Translations under genes and position numbers: made by a program
Virus record (IMG/VR): IMGVR_UViG_3300037264_003470
Coordinates: 1-63,163 of that record
Direction: 5' to 3' (one strand)
DNA: 63,163 nucleotides
Source: a virus
Lineage: Duplodnaviria; Caudoviricetes
In this document: in pieces, positions 50,078 through 59,038 of the stretch
How the letters are laid out: the number at the start of each line of letters is the position of its first letter
How positions within the stretch are numbered: the first letter of the stretch is position 1
Notes under the pieces: model-generated
What the model saw: only the letters and a program-made list of their open reading frames with translations
Told to the model about the DNA's origin: nothing
Databases searched by the model: none

Positions 50078-52387
50078 ATGACTGCTGTATTGAAGCTCCG
50101 TGATGAGACGGGGCTAAAACTGCCTACAGGCCAATTTCTCACGCCGCCTAAAATTGATTGTTCTGTCTATAAAGAACACATCAAGGTTGTTGTAAACGAT
50201 TTTAACAAAAGCCTACATGTTGCTGGCTTCAAGGATGTTCTCTTTGAGTGTGATGAAATTCTAGCTTGCAGTGATCGTCAGCTAGCGAGCAATGATGCAA
50301 TCTGCCGTTTCATCAGCGGTCAATGCAACGGTAAAATTTGGGAAAACACCATCCTTAACTGCGTTGATACCCTCAAGATCGTGCGGGATTGCGCAGGTAA
50401 ATCCATCGTTTTCCACAGTCCTATGTTGTCGGGCAAGACTACTTATAGCCATGCCCTGCAACTTATGCTCCTGCCAGTCATTCATTTCATCCGTGACGTG
50501 CCTTATTGGGGTATCCGCCTGGTTCCCAATAAGTGCGGTCTTGAAGATCAATCGCTAGCTGACTATAAGAAGTTTTGCCAGCTTTATGATGGCCTTCATA
50601 TTCGTATGGGCAGCACAATTCTCACGCTCCGCGAATATCAGGTCAAAATGAGCGGTTACTTCGATTTGAATAATTTTGCTGAATGTGAAGATTTGTTCGT
50701 CAAGCGAATCAACAAAAATTCCAGAGAAGAAATTTTCAAAATTCTTGAACGAGTTTATCAGAAACAAGGTAATGGTCTGTTCATTGTAGATGAACCAGAC
50801 TATGGTAGCAAGTTTGAATCTGAACTTCATAAGATTTTAAACTTGAGCAAAGATTTGCATGACCGTCATAAGGGCGATATGCTTATCGGCACCACTGCCA
50901 CAGAAAAAGAACTATCAAACGAAGAACATATTGTTCACCAGAAGGGAAACCTGTACGCTTCGTACTGCGGTCCTAACTGCACGGGCGGCGATTATATCGA
51001 CCCTGATTTCCCTGATCTGCCGTCGCCCGAAATCTATAACCACGCTGACTTTTCCCAAGAAATGGGCCTATCAGGGGATTTGGCCTATGTCTGGCCAAGC
51101 TATTACGAAGATTCTGTCAGGTTTGAGAAACATTTGAAACGGCAAGAAAAATGCGAAGAAACTGGCCGTAGTGAACCGCCCCACGATATTTGGCTTCCCA
51201 CTACCAGCCATGACGAATATCAAGAACTTTGTGAATCTGCCATTATCGAGTACCTAGAAACCGTTCTAATTAAGAATAACTATAAGGGAATGCCTGGTGC
51301 TGCAATCCGCTTTGTAAACTCCAATACATCAATGCAAGCTTTTGCCGAAATTCTAAAGAAGGCTTTACCCGAAGTCCAAATTCTTGAGTATAACGATGGA
51401 CGTAATAAGGTGTCTTTTGAAACATTCCTGAAACGACACCGTAATGAACAATCCTATTTTGCCATCCTGGTAACTGGTAGCTTCCGCATGGGCGATTATG
51501 TCTCTCCTAATACCATCGGCTATTGGTTGGAATTTGCTGAGTCTGTAACCATGCGAGCAATTCTTCAAGGCTTCTACGGTCGATGCTGCGGTGCCAATAA
51601 AGGAAATCCGCCTGCGGCCTGGGTCGCCAAAGACAGAACAGCTAACGCCTTGCAGGTTTATATTGACTCTAAAGGAAAAATTAACCTTCTGAAATTCTGT
51701 GAACGAACAGAGGTCGCAGATAATGACCCTCGATCTTTCGTCGTCTATAATGATACCATATGCCCCACCTGCAAAAAATTCCTTAACTTGCTTGAACATC
51801 ACGCTGTAAGCAAGTTGGGGAATGGCTTTTACAGAGATAAATTCAGGGGCGGCGGTATGAATGTAGAGAACGAATATGAGGAGTTTAAGAAGCACGTTGC
51901 CCAATATCATAACCGCCGCCTACTCGGTGTGCGGGAAACTGTACGGGAAACCATTGGTGACAAAATCATGAATTGTGGCATGAAAAAGCACGGTGATCTA
52001 CCGTTCTTTAGCTGCTACAAACTAACCAGCAAAGCCGACCAACGTGGTACAGCCAATGATCGAACCGACCGCTTGGTTGACCCACGCGGCGCAAATGTAA
52101 CCAAAGTTAATGAAATTCTCTTTAGCTTGCTGTGGCTAAAGAAGGATAATAAGCGGAAAACCGTTGCTGTAGATAACGCTAAATTCCGCTGTGTGCCTAA
52201 AGGTGCTGATAAGAAAGAACAAGCCAAAGTGAGTAGTTCCTTTATCATGTTTTCCGCTGAGCGGCGCGGCGTACAAGACGCTCAGAACGGAATAAAACCC
52301 AAAGATAATCCCTATGACTCAGCAAAATACCCGCAACAAAATCAAGAATGGCTCCAAGGTTATAACTCCGTTGCAATGGCACGATAG
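50078..52387 (+). CDS. SF2 helicase-like ATPase
   Basis: Walker A SPMLSGKT, Walker B IVDEPD, motif III TTAT, motif VI QGFYGRCCG. Confidence 0.65.
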   Translation: MTAVLKLRDETGLKLPTGQFLTPPKIDCSVYKEHIKVVVNDFNKSLHVAGFKDVLFECDEILACSDRQLASNDAICRFISGQCNGKIWENTILNCVDTLKIVRDCAGKSIVFHSPMLSGKTTYSHALQLMLLPVIHFIRDVPYWGIRLVPNKCGLEDQSLADYKKFCQLYDGLHIRMGSTILTLREYQVKMSGYFDLNNFAECEDLFVKRINKNSREEIFKILERVYQKQGNGLFIVDEPDYGSKFESELHKILNLSKDLHDRHKGDMLIGTTATEKELSNEEHIVHQKGNLYASYCGPNCTGGDYIDPDFPDLPSPEIYNHADFSQEMGLSGDLAYVWPSYYEDSVRFEKHLKRQEKCEETGRSEPPHDIWLPTTSHDEYQELCESAIIEYLETVLIKNNYKGMPGAAIRFVNSNTSMQAFAEILKKALPEVQILEYNDGRNKVSFETFLKRHRNEQSYFAILVTGSFRMGDYVSPNTIGYWLEFAESVTMRAILQGFYGRCCGANKGNPPAAWVAKDRTANALQVYIDSKGKINLLKFCERTEVADNDPRSFVVYNDTICPTCKKFLNLLEHHAVSKLGNGFYRDKFRGGGMNVENEYEEFKKHVAQYHNRRLLGVRETVRETIGDKIMNCGMKKHGDLPFFSCYKLTSKADQRGTANDRTDRLVDPRGANVTKVNEILFSLLWLKKDNKRKTVAVDNAKFRCVPKGADKKEQAKVSSSFIMFSAERRGVQDAQNGIKPKDNPYDSAKYPQQNQEWLQGYNSVAMAR

Positions 52388-53222
52388 GGAGTATAAAGAC
52401 CAAGCCAGACACTATGTAATGGAATACGCTCGGCATTCCCTGCATAGTGTCTGGCTCCCTGGCAGCGAAGCTATGTGCTTTGAACAAGCCGTCGATCTAG
52501 GCATCTGCACCAAACGCAGCCATGCCCACCTGATCGAACGTGATAAACCTACGTTTATAAAGTTGCAAGAAACAATCAAGAAAAAAAGACTCCATGAACG
52601 AGCTAATATCCATCTGCATAACATCAACCTGGAAGACTTCATCCCTCCAGAACCAATTGACTTCGCCTTTATTGACCTGTTGGGTACGTTTACACCGTCC
52701 GTCCTATTGTGGCTACAACAAATACTAGCTAAGAATGTTATACCTGACTGTCGCCTGTGCTTTACACACTTATATAAAAATAGAAATAACTATAACCTAG
52801 AAGAACTTATGGAACTATGTCAAACCAAATATAAAGATGTATATGATAGCTGTAAAGACCTGTGGCAGTATAACGATGAATGGATTGCATTGACAGCATT
52901 TGAACTTAAATGCTGCTTCAATGAATGGGATTTTGTGCTGAAAAGTCCATATCCCTATAGAGATAGTCATTGGGGTATGACCGTGTACCGCTGTGAAGAT
53001 TTCCAGCGAAAAGAAACTGGTCTGCCTGATATCCAAACACTAATCATGCAAACCAATTCTGGTAAGCGTGATATTCATTGGAATAGAGTATTGAAAGCAT
53101 ACAAAAATGCCTTCGATATCACCAAAGAGTATTGTGAGCAGCAGGATGTTCCTGACTTTAGTGAACGTTTCACAACCATGTTAAATGAGGTGCTACATGA
53201 AAGAGATTACAAGATTGATTGA
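52314..53222 (+). CDS. class I SAM-dependent methyltransferase-like protein
   Basis: WLPG, LIERD, IDFAFIDLLG; overlaps helicase end. Confidence 0.5.
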   Translation: MTQQNTRNKIKNGSKVITPLQWHDREYKDQARHYVMEYARHSLHSVWLPGSEAMCFEQAVDLGICTKRSHAHLIERDKPTFIKLQETIKKKRLHERANIHLHNINLEDFIPPEPIDFAFIDLLGTFTPSVLLWLQQILAKNVIPDCRLCFTHLYKNRNNYNLEELMELCQTKYKDVYDSCKDLWQYNDEWIALTAFELKCCFNEWDFVLKSPYPYRDSHWGMTVYRCEDFQRKETGLPDIQTLIMQTNSGKRDIHWNRVLKAYKNAFDITKEYCEQQDVPDFSERFTTMLNEVLHERDYKID

Positions 53223-53391
53223 CAAGCTCAAGAAGGCAAAAGGTGATTATGATAAGATGCGAGGCTTCCGCCGCGCTCTTACTGTATGGAGCCAAAAACG
53301 GGAACAAGAGACGGGTACACCCGCCTTCTACTTCATCCGTGCCTTCAAAATGAGAGTAACCAAAGAAGGTTTAAACGCTCTAGCCGTTTAA
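53197..53391 (+). CDS. small basic protein
   Basis: GAGGTG SD, 64 aa. Confidence 0.55.
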   Translation: MKEITRLIDKLKKAKGDYDKMRGFRRALTVWSQKREQETGTPAFYFIRAFKMRVTKEGLNALAV

Positions 53392-53393
53392 AC

Positions 53394-53423
53394 AAAAAAA
53401 AGGCGGGGCAACCCGCCTTTTTT
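53394..53423. terminator. bidirectional rho-independent terminator
   Basis: A8-GGCGGG-GCAA-CCCGCC-T6 between convergent genes. Confidence 0.9.
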
Positions 53424-54076
53424 CATTTCCAAATACTCGCTTCCAAATCTCTCCAGGTTCCACCACGCCTAACCAACGCCTGCTCAAGATTCTTTAATAA
53501 AGGATGAGCCACCCTTGGAGGTAATTGCCCAATCGCTTGAAATAAGATTGTAAAAGCTTCCTTGAACTTCATAAGATTGCCAGTAGTAATACCACTAGAA
53601 CCAAATAATGTATCCGCCACATTACGCGCAGAAGTCATCACTCCCTTCCATACCGCCGACCCAATATCCGCCAACTTACTGTAACCAGCAGTGTTCACAC
53701 TAGGAAACTCGCCACCACCCACTACCCCCATCGCCCGCCCCGCCTTGGGTTCCTTTGATTCATACCCAACACTTTCAACCGCCTTCACCGCCTGCCTTAT
53801 ATTGTTCAATATGGGTCCACGCCAACTTTCATTTTTGTTTATGTAGTCTAATATTGCCGCAGCAGCACCATAAGCACGCGATTTGCTCCCGCGAAATGCC
53901 TTCATCACCCCAATCGTCGCTGGAACTAAACCAGATGCAGCCGCTGGCGCTACACCAGCCGCAGCACCAAGCCCTTTGTAAATCCATGAATCAGGATTGT
54001 CCTTCATGGGTGTGTAATCCGTAACGTTAAAACTGGCTTCATCCCGCCTTACTACATACTCAGCAAAAGTTTGCAT
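53423..54076 (-). CDS. hypothetical protein, possible internal virion protein
   Basis: N-terminus MQTFAEYV..RDEA; Ala/Gly-rich hydrophobic stretch. Confidence 0.75.
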   Translation of the reverse strand: MQTFAEYVVRRDEASFNVTDYTPMKDNPDSWIYKGLGAAAGVAPAAASGLVPATIGVMKAFRGSKSRAYGAAAAILDYINKNESWRGPILNNIRQAVKAVESVGYESKEPKAGRAMGVVGGGEFPSVNTAGYSKLADIGSAVWKGVMTSARNVADTLFGSSGITTGNLMKFKEAFTILFQAIGQLPPRVAHPLLKNLEQALVRRGGTWRDLEASIWK

Positions 54077-54119
54077 ACCCTATCTATTGTCCCCAACGTC
54101 AAAATCTATTTTTATTAAT

Positions 54120-54671
54120 TTAACCACGCTTCATGCCAGAAAAAGTATTCTGGTCAATTATCTTAACTCTAATCGGTGATCCCAAAGCTAAAGCTGCATA
54201 TAACCTCGTCCTCCCACCAATTACAATAAGCCCATTAGAACCTTTTAATAACACGGGTGCCTCATAATTTCCACTCTGTATGCCCCTAATTAAACTAGAA
54301 ACATCATACCCGCGATTCCTCCCCTCCCCACTATCCCGCGACTGCATCAACTGAACAAACTTCATAGCAGCATCAGGCTGACCACTAATTTGCGCTATCT
54401 GCTGAGGTAATTGCTCCTGCCCCACCTTGTTTGCAAGATTCTTCAAAGTAATAATCGACTTGGCAGGTATCGTTGTCTCTGGTGCTGAATCAATAATCTT
54501 ACCCAACTGAATCGCCATCTCATTCTCTTCGTTTGACCAAACTGAACCTGGCGGCTTATGAGAAATACCTATTGATTTTAATAAAGCTTGTATCTCTGGC
54601 ACCCGTTGAGATATTAATTCCCCAGCCTCTTCGTAACCACTCTCAAATAACCATTCCCTAAAAATCCCCAT
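54120..54671 (-). CDS. ParB/Srx-like domain protein
   Basis: PVLL....VIGGRTRLYAALALG..IRVKII (variant of the DGxxR motif). Confidence 0.55.
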   Translation of the reverse strand: MGIFREWLFESGYEEAGELISQRVPEIQALLKSIGISHKPPGSVWSNEENEMAIQLGKIIDSAPETTIPAKSIITLKNLANKVGQEQLPQQIAQISGQPDAAMKFVQLMQSRDSGEGRNRGYDVSSLIRGIQSGNYEAPVLLKGSNGLIVIGGRTRLYAALALGSPIRVKIIDQNTFSGMKRG

Positions 54672-54701
54672 AAAACTATTTAACCACGCTACCTTAAATA
54701 T

Positions 54702-55133
54702 ATGAAAACCTATAACATATTAGTCCAATTCCCCAACCACCACTTCCAAGGTCCAGTCACCGTCCAAGATGGCTGGGAAATATCCAATAAACACGAAATC
54801 ATTACCACCTTTACCTTCGATGGCCTGACAGTCTATGAAGATGGCTCAAACATCGCACTCGAAGAAAGAGAATTACTCTCCATCTTCGCTGAATTCTTTG
54901 ACTTTGGTGCCAAATACTTTAAGAATGGTGAACTAAACGGCGATGATGTGGCCGCTAAATTGAGATTACAACTCGGAGAACTTTATCTAGGAAATCAACC
55001 TAAGTCTACCTACAGTTACCGCTTCACTGGCGTCTGGCCACACTCCGTTAACTTCGGGGAACTATGCTATAGTTCCGATCCCACTGTCCACCTCGAAGTA
55101 ACCTGGAAATATAAAGAAATGACTACCCTCTAA
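54702..55133 (+). CDS. tail tube (T4 gp19)-like protein
   Basis: YRFTGVWPHSVNFGELCYSS...LEVTWKY. Confidence 0.55.
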   Translation: MKTYNILVQFPNHHFQGPVTVQDGWEISNKHEIITTFTFDGLTVYEDGSNIALEERELLSIFAEFFDFGAKYFKNGELNGDDVAAKLRLQLGELYLGNQPKSTYSYRFTGVWPHSVNFGELCYSSDPTVHLEVTWKYKEMTTL

Positions 55134-55134
55134 T

Positions 55135-55551
55135 TTACCACTTTATCTTTAACCCCCATCGAGGTTCATACCACTCCCTGGCCGTTACATAATCCACATT
55201 CGCCGCTTCCATGTAATTATCACAATGAACACTTATAGGATCAATCTTGAACTTGTAAGCTTTATTCAATCTGCCCAACTGCGCCACCGCCATTTCCCAC
55301 GCTGGCTCCCTTGTGACACCATCCCCAAATCGAATCTCCGTCTCCCTCTTACCCTTATTAATCGCGTAAAAAATATCCTCCTCTATACGCTTAATAATAT
55401 CTTCTATATCCTTCTTTAGTTTAGCCTCTTCCGCCTTCATCTTCTTTTCCTCCGCTATTTTAACTCTGACCCGATTCTCTGCCGCTTCCTTGATGTTTCT
55501 TATATTAGCCTCATTAAGCATCTTAACCAATTGTTTTCTCTTGGGTAACAT
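55135..55551 (-). CDS. hypothetical protein
   Basis: 138 aa. Confidence 0.65.
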   Translation of the reverse strand: MLPKRKQLVKMLNEANIRNIKEAAENRVRVKIAEEKKMKAEEAKLKKDIEDIIKRIEEDIFYAINKGKRETEIRFGDGVTREPAWEMAVAQLGRLNKAYKFKIDPISVHCDNYMEAANVDYVTAREWYEPRWGLKIKW

Positions 55552-55918
55552 ATTCCATCACCTCATAGTGAAGTTTAAGCTCTAAAATACTTTCTTCATA
55601 TGATTGAATCACTTCTGCCGTTACACCCTTATAATTGTAACTGTCAGATTCCTTTAATTCGTAATGACCCAATCCCATGTTGTGTAACTCATGACCACAA
55701 TTTGGACACTTAGGCGGAACCTTAATATACCACTTAACACTCACCGTCCCCTTCGGGACGGGAAACGTGTGTAAAAAGAAATTCCTTATATCGCATTCAA
55801 CATCAAATATGATAACATGAAAAGTGTTTTCCTCTGTTGGTGATGCTGTTACCTTAACACTCGCCGTAACAAAACTGTACTCACCAAACTTACCTTCAAT
55901 AGTTTGTTTAGAATGCAT
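55523..55918 (-). CDS. hypothetical protein with CPNC motif
   Basis: 131 aa. Confidence 0.6.
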   Translation of the reverse strand: MHSKQTIEGKFGEYSFVTASVKVTASPTEENTFHVIIFDVECDIRNFFLHTFPVPKGTVSVKWYIKVPPKCPNCGHELHNMGLGHYELKESDSYNYKGVTAEVIQSYEESILELKLHYEVMEYVTQEKTIG

Positions 55919-56561
55919 TTTTATTCCATAATTCCTTAATTATACTCAAATCATACCTGTAATCATTCATCTTAAATAATGTCTTAGGCGCAGCTTTGAT
56001 GTAATCTAAAAACCGTTCTTCTTTAGCCATAAATTCTTCTGGAATATCATAACTGTGATGCGGTATCTCCAACGCCTTCTCCCATAAGAAATTAAAAAGC
56101 AACTCTTCAGGCTGACTCACCCTGTAATAAAATAAATTGGGCGGTATACTCCTGCCACTATACTTCTTTATAGGCTCCTGCGGATCATTCAATTGACAAT
56201 TATGACACAATTTTACCAAATTGATTTTCTTAAATTTCTTGAAACTGGTCTTTCTGTACCTTAAATCCATATGATCGGCTTTGCCAAGTATAGAACCAGG
56301 ATGACCAGAAATACCAACAAACTCAGCAGTGCTAACAACATCACTACTCTCGTCATCATAACGATTAACATTCCTGTCTATCTTTACATCCGTTGACGCC
56401 AGCGTTCTACCAATATACCACCAGAAATCAATCTTCTGATAATAGTTTTCGTAAAACGTCGCCTCCCTGTCAAATATACAAATAGGGAACTTGAGCGGCA
56501 AAGATAAAACATGCGCCTGCTCAGTCGTGAAGCCGTAAGCAAGTGATTTAATGTCGTACAT
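55908..56561 (-). CDS. hypothetical protein
   Basis: 217 aa. Confidence 0.65.
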   Translation of the reverse strand: MYDIKSLAYGFTTEQAHVLSLPLKFPICIFDREATFYENYYQKIDFWWYIGRTLASTDVKIDRNVNRYDDESSDVVSTAEFVGISGHPGSILGKADHMDLRYRKTSFKKFKKINLVKLCHNCQLNDPQEPIKKYSGRSIPPNLFYYRVSQPEELLFNFLWEKALEIPHHSYDIPEEFMAKEERFLDYIKAAPKTLFKMNDYRYDLSIIKELWNKNAF

Positions 56562-56623
56562 CAGTTGAACCCTGTGAAATTGGTCAAAAACTCATGATAA
56601 CGGGTTTTCAGGAGAAAAACAAG

Positions 56624-57115
56624 TTACCATATTTCTATTTCTTTGGATAGTGATGGTGTCGGCTGATCTACTGGTCTACTAATTACTGCTGGTCTTGGCT
56701 CATCTATATTTCTAACACGCGGTACTTTCGCCGCGTTTGGATTGTAACGACGATTTGGTATAAAAACCATATTATTACGGTCGATAACGCCGACGATTTG
56801 AGTATTAGGGACAAAGTTTTGTGGGGCGTTGGCGCGGTGTTTACGATGATGGTCATACGGCATGTCAATCAAGAGAACATGATCGCCAAAATGAGAGCGA
56901 TTAAATGGCCCCGTATTCCCTGATTGAACCAGATTAGTAATATCATTATTATTAGAGAAAGAATCAGTAGTCGAATCCAAAGCTTTATATAAGAACGGTT
57001 GCCCTTGTAAAAACCTTTTAGCTATATTTTCAGATGTGAAGTGTGTTAAACGAATCATATCTGGTGGAATAGACGGCAATTGAAGTTGAGATTCTAACCA
57101 TAATCTAAAGTTCAT
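56624..57115 (-). CDS. hypothetical protein, possible internal virion protein
   Basis: N-terminus MNFRLWLES. Confidence 0.7.
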   Translation of the reverse strand: MNFRLWLESQLQLPSIPPDMIRLTHFTSENIAKRFLQGQPFLYKALDSTTDSFSNNNDITNLVQSGNTGPFNRSHFGDHVLLIDMPYDHHRKHRANAPQNFVPNTQIVGVIDRNNMVFIPNRRYNPNAAKVPRVRNIDEPRPAVISRPVDQPTPSLSKEIEIW

Positions 57116-57116
57116 A

Positions 57117-57347
57117 TTATTGCCCCATCATTCCGTGTTTTTGAAATAACGCTATTACTTGCCTATTCATGGTTTGTGCTACATTCATTAACTCCCCTTT
57201 TAATTGCGGATTTTGAATTTGACTTGCCGCACGCATAAGCCCACTCTGAGCCTGCCCAAATTGCTGAATATCTGGACCTATCTGACCAGGCTGTTGCTGG
57301 CCTAATACTTCATCTTTTCTTGTTATAAACTTATTAAACTTTTCCAT
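57117..57347 (-). CDS. Gln-rich small protein
   Basis: N-terminus MEKFNKFI; TATATA 4 nt upstream. Confidence 0.65.
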   Translation of the reverse strand: MEKFNKFITRKDEVLGQQQPGQIGPDIQQFGQAQSGLMRAASQIQNPQLKGELMNVAQTMNRQVIALFQKHGMMGQ

Positions 57348-57621
57348 TAAATATATAATGTCTTGGTGTATAATAAAAAATTGGCGGCGGCGATTTTTGG
57401 AAAATGGAAAAATTAGTTTTTTTAGATATGTGTGTGGAAATTGAAAAATCCCTGGCGTGGAATTTTGAAATTGATTCTTTAAAAGAACTAACTGGTATTG
57501 CGTCCACGGTAGGCTCCCCTATGTTACTTTTTTAAACAGAAAATGAAATTAATTTCTCCTTTCTTAATTATGTTAGTACAACCTCAATAGCAATTCAATG
57601 GGCATGGGCGATGCCCCCACG

Positions 57622-57747
57622 TTAGCACGTTGCCATACGCTTGCACCAGCGTAGGCTGCGCCACTTGCCATACCACGCAAGGCGTGCTTGCGTCTTGAAG
57701 CGGCGTGCCCGCTTGCTCCCGTCCACGATGCAGCTTGACTTCTTCAT
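57622..57747 (-). CDS. array cassette: 41-aa basic peptide
   Basis: MKKSSCIVDG...RMATC*, GGAGG SD, fills one repeat slot. Confidence 0.6.
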   Translation of the reverse strand: MKKSSCIVDGSKRARRFKTQARLAWYGKWRSLRWCKRMATC

Positions 57748-57804
57748 AGGGGTATCCTCCTACCCCATTCAGTACAACCGCAATTAGAGGTTCATTAGTA
57801 AAAA

Positions 57805-57828
57805 GGGCAGGGTTGCGGTCCCCTGCCC
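57805..57828 (-). terminator. type-A array hairpin (representative copy)
   Basis: GGGCAGGG-ttgcggtc-CCCTGCCC with adjacent A-run (U-tract on the minus strand); related copies near 58141, 60117, 61326, 61640, 62515, 62796. Confidence 0.75.
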
Positions 57829-57843
57829 TTACCCCTAACGTTG

Positions 57844-58065
57844 TTACGCGGCGTCCAGCAACTCCATGCCGAATTCGACGGCTTCCTTCGCTTCGCGGAG
57901 GCCGATGCCCGTCTGCGTGCGGAGGTGCTTGATCGCCATGATCTTCTTTTCGTGGAGGTCCACGCCGAAGTCGCGGAGCATCTTGAGCATCTTGAGGGCC
58001 GCGCGGGTGTCGCGGATCATTTCGTCGCGGGCCGACAGGGGCGGGTTGTAACCAGTGCTGTTCAT
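57844..58065 (-). CDS. array cassette: ribosomal protein L7/L12 C-terminal-domain-like protein
   Basis: KKIMAIKHLRTQTGIGLREAKEAVE matches the L12 CTD KI.AIK..R..TGLGL.EAK..VE motif. Confidence 0.8.
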   Translation of the reverse strand: MNSTGYNPPLSARDEMIRDTRAALKMLKMLRDFGVDLHEKKIMAIKHLRTQTGIGLREAKEAVEFGMELLDAA

Positions 58066-58172
58066 CGTTCGTCTCCAGAAAGGGGTGATCGTCGCTACAC
58101 TGTAATTAGTACAACCTCAATTAGAGGTTCATTAGAGAAAGGGCAGGGTTGCGGTCCCCTGCCCGTCTCGCC

Positions 58173-58619
58173 TTAGTCGAGTAAGGCGGCGACTTCGCAG
58201 CAGACAAAACCGCAGTCGATTGCTACTGCCATCGGCAGCGCCAGTAGCAACGGGCTTCCCGTCAGTGCAGCGATGGACAAGGAACAGTGCCAAACCGATA
58301 GCGCCAGCAGGCCAACGCCAACGCAAGCCGTGAGGATTGCTGCCCTGCGCTGGCCGCGCTTGTAAAGCAGACTGGCCACCTTGCCCAACACGAGGATGAT
58401 GACGGGGACGATGAGGCCCATGCCCCAACCCGCCCAACCGATTTCCGCGTGCTGCGCGTTGGCGTAGCCGTTCAGCAGCGCCGACAAGATCGCCATGATG
58501 ACAACGCCAGCGTTGGCGTAAGCCGTCAAGTGATCGCCCTTCACAGCGACGGGCTTGGCCTTGCGAGCGGGCTTGCGGGCGGGCTTGGCGTCGGTCAGCT
58601 TCAGTGCAGTGGCGTTCAT
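58173..58619 (-). CDS. array cassette: 4-TM membrane protein
   Basis: four hydrophobic segments, basic N-terminus; GGAG SD. Confidence 0.8.
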   Translation of the reverse strand: MNATALKLTDAKPARKPARKAKPVAVKGDHLTAYANAGVVIMAILSALLNGYANAQHAEIGWAGWGMGLIVPVIILVLGKVASLLYKRGQRRAAILTACVGVGLLALSVWHCSLSIAALTGSPLLLALPMAVAIDCGFVCCEVAALLD

Positions 58620-58687
58620 CGCAGTTCTCCGTAAGGGGTGACTCGTCCTACACCTGATTTAGTACAACCTCAATTAGAGGTTAATTA

Positions 58688-58703
58688 GGGAGTGGGCGCT
58701 CCC
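58688..58703 (-). terminator. type-B array hairpin (representative copy)
   Basis: GGGAG-tgggcg-CTCCC; related copies near 59017, 60463, 60720, 60964, 62015, 63146. Confidence 0.55.
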
Positions 58704-58709
58704 TTCCCC

Positions 58710-58949
58710 TTAGTATTCGTCCACCTCTTGCCAGTCGTCGCCACGGTAGTCGGGGCCGTCGTCCTCATCGGCGTCATCGGGCCGACACGTCGCGCAGATC
58801 GCCTTGAACGTTTCCCACGTCACGCGCTCGCCGCTCTCGCCAATGCGGAGGTAAGTGGGGCGCGGCCCACTGTAGTTGCGCATCTCCTCCAGCGTGAACA
58901 CCGCACGACTGAACTCGCCAGCGCCGTTGTCAACGTACAGTGCGAACAT
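58710..58949 (-). CDS. array cassette: hypothetical, acidic tail
   Basis: fills repeat slot, GGAG SD. Confidence 0.75.
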   Translation of the reverse strand: MFALYVDNGAGEFSRAVFTLEEMRNYSGPRPTYLRIGESGERVTWETFKAICATCRPDDADEDDGPDYRGDDWQEVDEY

Positions 58950-59038
58950 GTCAGGCTCCGTAAGGGGTGATCGTCGTTACAACCCAATTAGTACAACCTC
59001 AATTAGAGGCTGATTAGGGAGTGGGCGCTCCCTTCCCC

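Noticed and set aside
58108-58130. N4-type hairpin promoter (AACCTC-AATTA-GAGGTT)
   Set aside because: The stem is perfect in only some copies and absent in the 60086/60438/60695 variants, so it is not the conserved determinant.
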